Virus record (IMG/VR): IMGVR_UViG_3300006903_000126
Location: 1 to 22,921 of that record
From: a virus
Direction: 5' to 3' (one strand)
Length of the DNA: 22,921 nucleotides
Of this stretch, positions 21,959 to 22,921 are shown piece after piece. Numbering within the stretch: the first letter of the stretch is position 1; each line of letters starts with the position of its first letter. Under the pieces are notes generated by a model. The model worked only from the letters and a program-made list of their open reading frames with translations. It did no database searches and was not told where the DNA came from. The translations under genes and the position numbers were made by a program.

Positions 21959-22734
21959 TCCTGCGGCCAGGGCTCCGCCCGAGGCATCTCAAAGAACTCG
22001 CCGAACAGGTCGGGAGCTACCGGACGATTCGCGGGCACCCGAGCGGGGATCCCCATCACCGTCGACCCTGGCAGAACGTCCTTCGTCACCACGGCCCCTG
22101 CCGCGATGATGGCGTCGTTGCCGATCCGGATCCCCGGCAGCAGCAGCGCCCCACCGCCTATCCGTACTCGCTGGCCGATCTTCGGCCCGACGACCTCGCC
22201 TCCGCGCTGCATGGAGTTGTCGTTCATCATGTAGACGCCGACCGAGATGAAGCACTCGTCGCCGATCACCGCGTCGTTGCAGATGTGCGAGAGGTCGACG
22301 ATCTTGCAGCGGCGCCCGATCCTGGCTCCATTCTGGATCGTGCTGTTGTTGCCGACCACGGTCTCCGACCCGATCTCGGTGTCCTCTCGGATCGTGACCC
22401 CTTCGCCGATCAGCACCTTGGGCTCGATCACGACGCCTGCGTAGATGACAACGTGCGTCCCGATCACGGATCCGTCCTCGATCCGGGTCTGCCCGTTCTG
22501 CACGTGCGGCATCCTGGCGATGACGCCCGCCACCTTCGGCTGCTTGCCCAGGTAGGCACCCGGGAAGATCGTCACATCGTCCCCGATCCAGACACCCTCC
22601 TCCACCACGACGCCGGGATAGAGGTGTGTCCTGCGACCCACGGTCGCTCCGCGCCGCACGATGGCGAACTCGTCGATGATGGCTCCGCTCCGGATGTCGG
22701 TATCGAGCTCGATGATCGCCATCTCTGAGATCAC
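21955..22734 (-). CDS. Hexapeptide-repeat (left-handed beta-helix) acyl/acetyltransferase, 259 aa, GTG start
   Basis: AAGGAG is 5 nt before GTG 22734. There are many [LIV]-G-x4 hexapeptide turns (IGDDVTIFPGAYLG, IEDGSVIGTHVVIYAGVVIEPKVLIGEGVTIREDTEIGSETVVGNNSTIQNGARIG, IGGGALLLPGIRIGNDAIIAAGAVVTKDV). These are typical of sugar-nucleotide N/O-acyltransferases. Confidence 0.8.
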   Translation of the reverse strand: MISEMAIIELDTDIRSGAIIDEFAIVRRGATVGRRTHLYPGVVVEEGVWIGDDVTIFPGAYLGKQPKVAGVIARMPHVQNGQTRIEDGSVIGTHVVIYAGVVIEPKVLIGEGVTIREDTEIGSETVVGNNSTIQNGARIGRRCKIVDLSHICNDAVIGDECFISVGVYMMNDNSMQRGGEVVGPKIGQRVRIGGGALLLPGIRIGNDAIIAAGAVVTKDVLPGSTVMGIPARVPANRPVAPDLFGEFFEMPRAEPWPQE

Positions 22735-22736
22735 GA

Positions 22737-22921
22737 TTACTCCTTCGAGGCTTTGATCGCCTGCGCGATGTCTCCCACGGCCCCCGCCACCATGGCTCCG
22801 ACCGACTCTGGCACCTCGAACCGCACGACGTTCTCGGTGGCGGCTGGCTGACCGTCGGTAGACGGCGCTCCGGCCGGAGGCTTGGCCTCCTTCGATTCCA
22901 TCATCTCGCGGGCGGTAGGAA
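22737..22921 (-). CDS. Small ORF (55 aa from ATG 22904), or the 3' end of a longer gene entering from beyond the window
   Basis: The frame is open from the window edge to TAA at 22737..22739 (…MMESKEAKPPAGAPSTDGQPAATENVVRFEVPESVGAMVAGAVGDIAQAIKASKE). Its last codons contain the SD of the next gene. I cannot decide between the two options without upstream sequence. Confidence 0.35.
   Translation of the reverse strand, partial: PTAREMMESKEAKPPAGAPSTDGQPAATENVVRFEVPESVGAMVAGAVGDIAQAIKASKE

Overview
The whole window is one co-directional, minus-strand late/structural operon of a high-GC tailed phage or prophage with siphovirus-type tail genes. Most genes have AGGAG-like ribosome-binding sites, and many are joined by ATGA, GTGA or TAATG overlaps.

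Gene order in the direction of transcription (high to low coordinates):
- 22737-22921: a small ORF, or the 3' end of an upstream gene.
- 20516-22734: a sugar-modification cassette. It holds a hexapeptide-repeat acyltransferase (21955-22734), a GT-A/GT2-like glycosyltransferase (21161-21958) and two small beta-rich proteins (20839-21168 and 20516-20827).
- 20286-20515: a 230-nt spacer dense with hairpins.
- 18993-20285: a GT-B glycosyltransferase.
- 17549-19102: an HK97-type prohead protease fused to an acidic scaffold-like domain.
- 16258-17559: the major capsid protein.
- 10098-16181: an unusual ~6.1 kb block of seven tightly packed genes. It contains two paralogous pairs of Ala/Gly/Thr/Ser-rich beta-type proteins, one carrying a triplicated 76-aa module, plus a signal-peptide GH16-like glycoside hydrolase.
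- 7196-10065: connector and neck genes.
- 6740-7192 tail terminator, then 6305-6730 major tail protein.
- 5893-6228: an extra 111-aa ORF.
- 5247-5914: tail chaperone G/GT with a canonical CCCAAAC -1 slippery site.
- 343-5241: a 1632-aa tape measure protein.
- 1-340: the start of the next tail gene.

I saw no rRNA, tRNA, CRISPR array, transposase or integrase. Portal and terminase genes are not in the window. The long plus-strand ORFs in the track look like antisense shadows of the real genes.

The most interesting hypothesis is a capsid-proximal fibre or decoration module combined with a virion-glycosylation cassette. All functional calls rest on remembered family motifs and gene order. No database search was possible.
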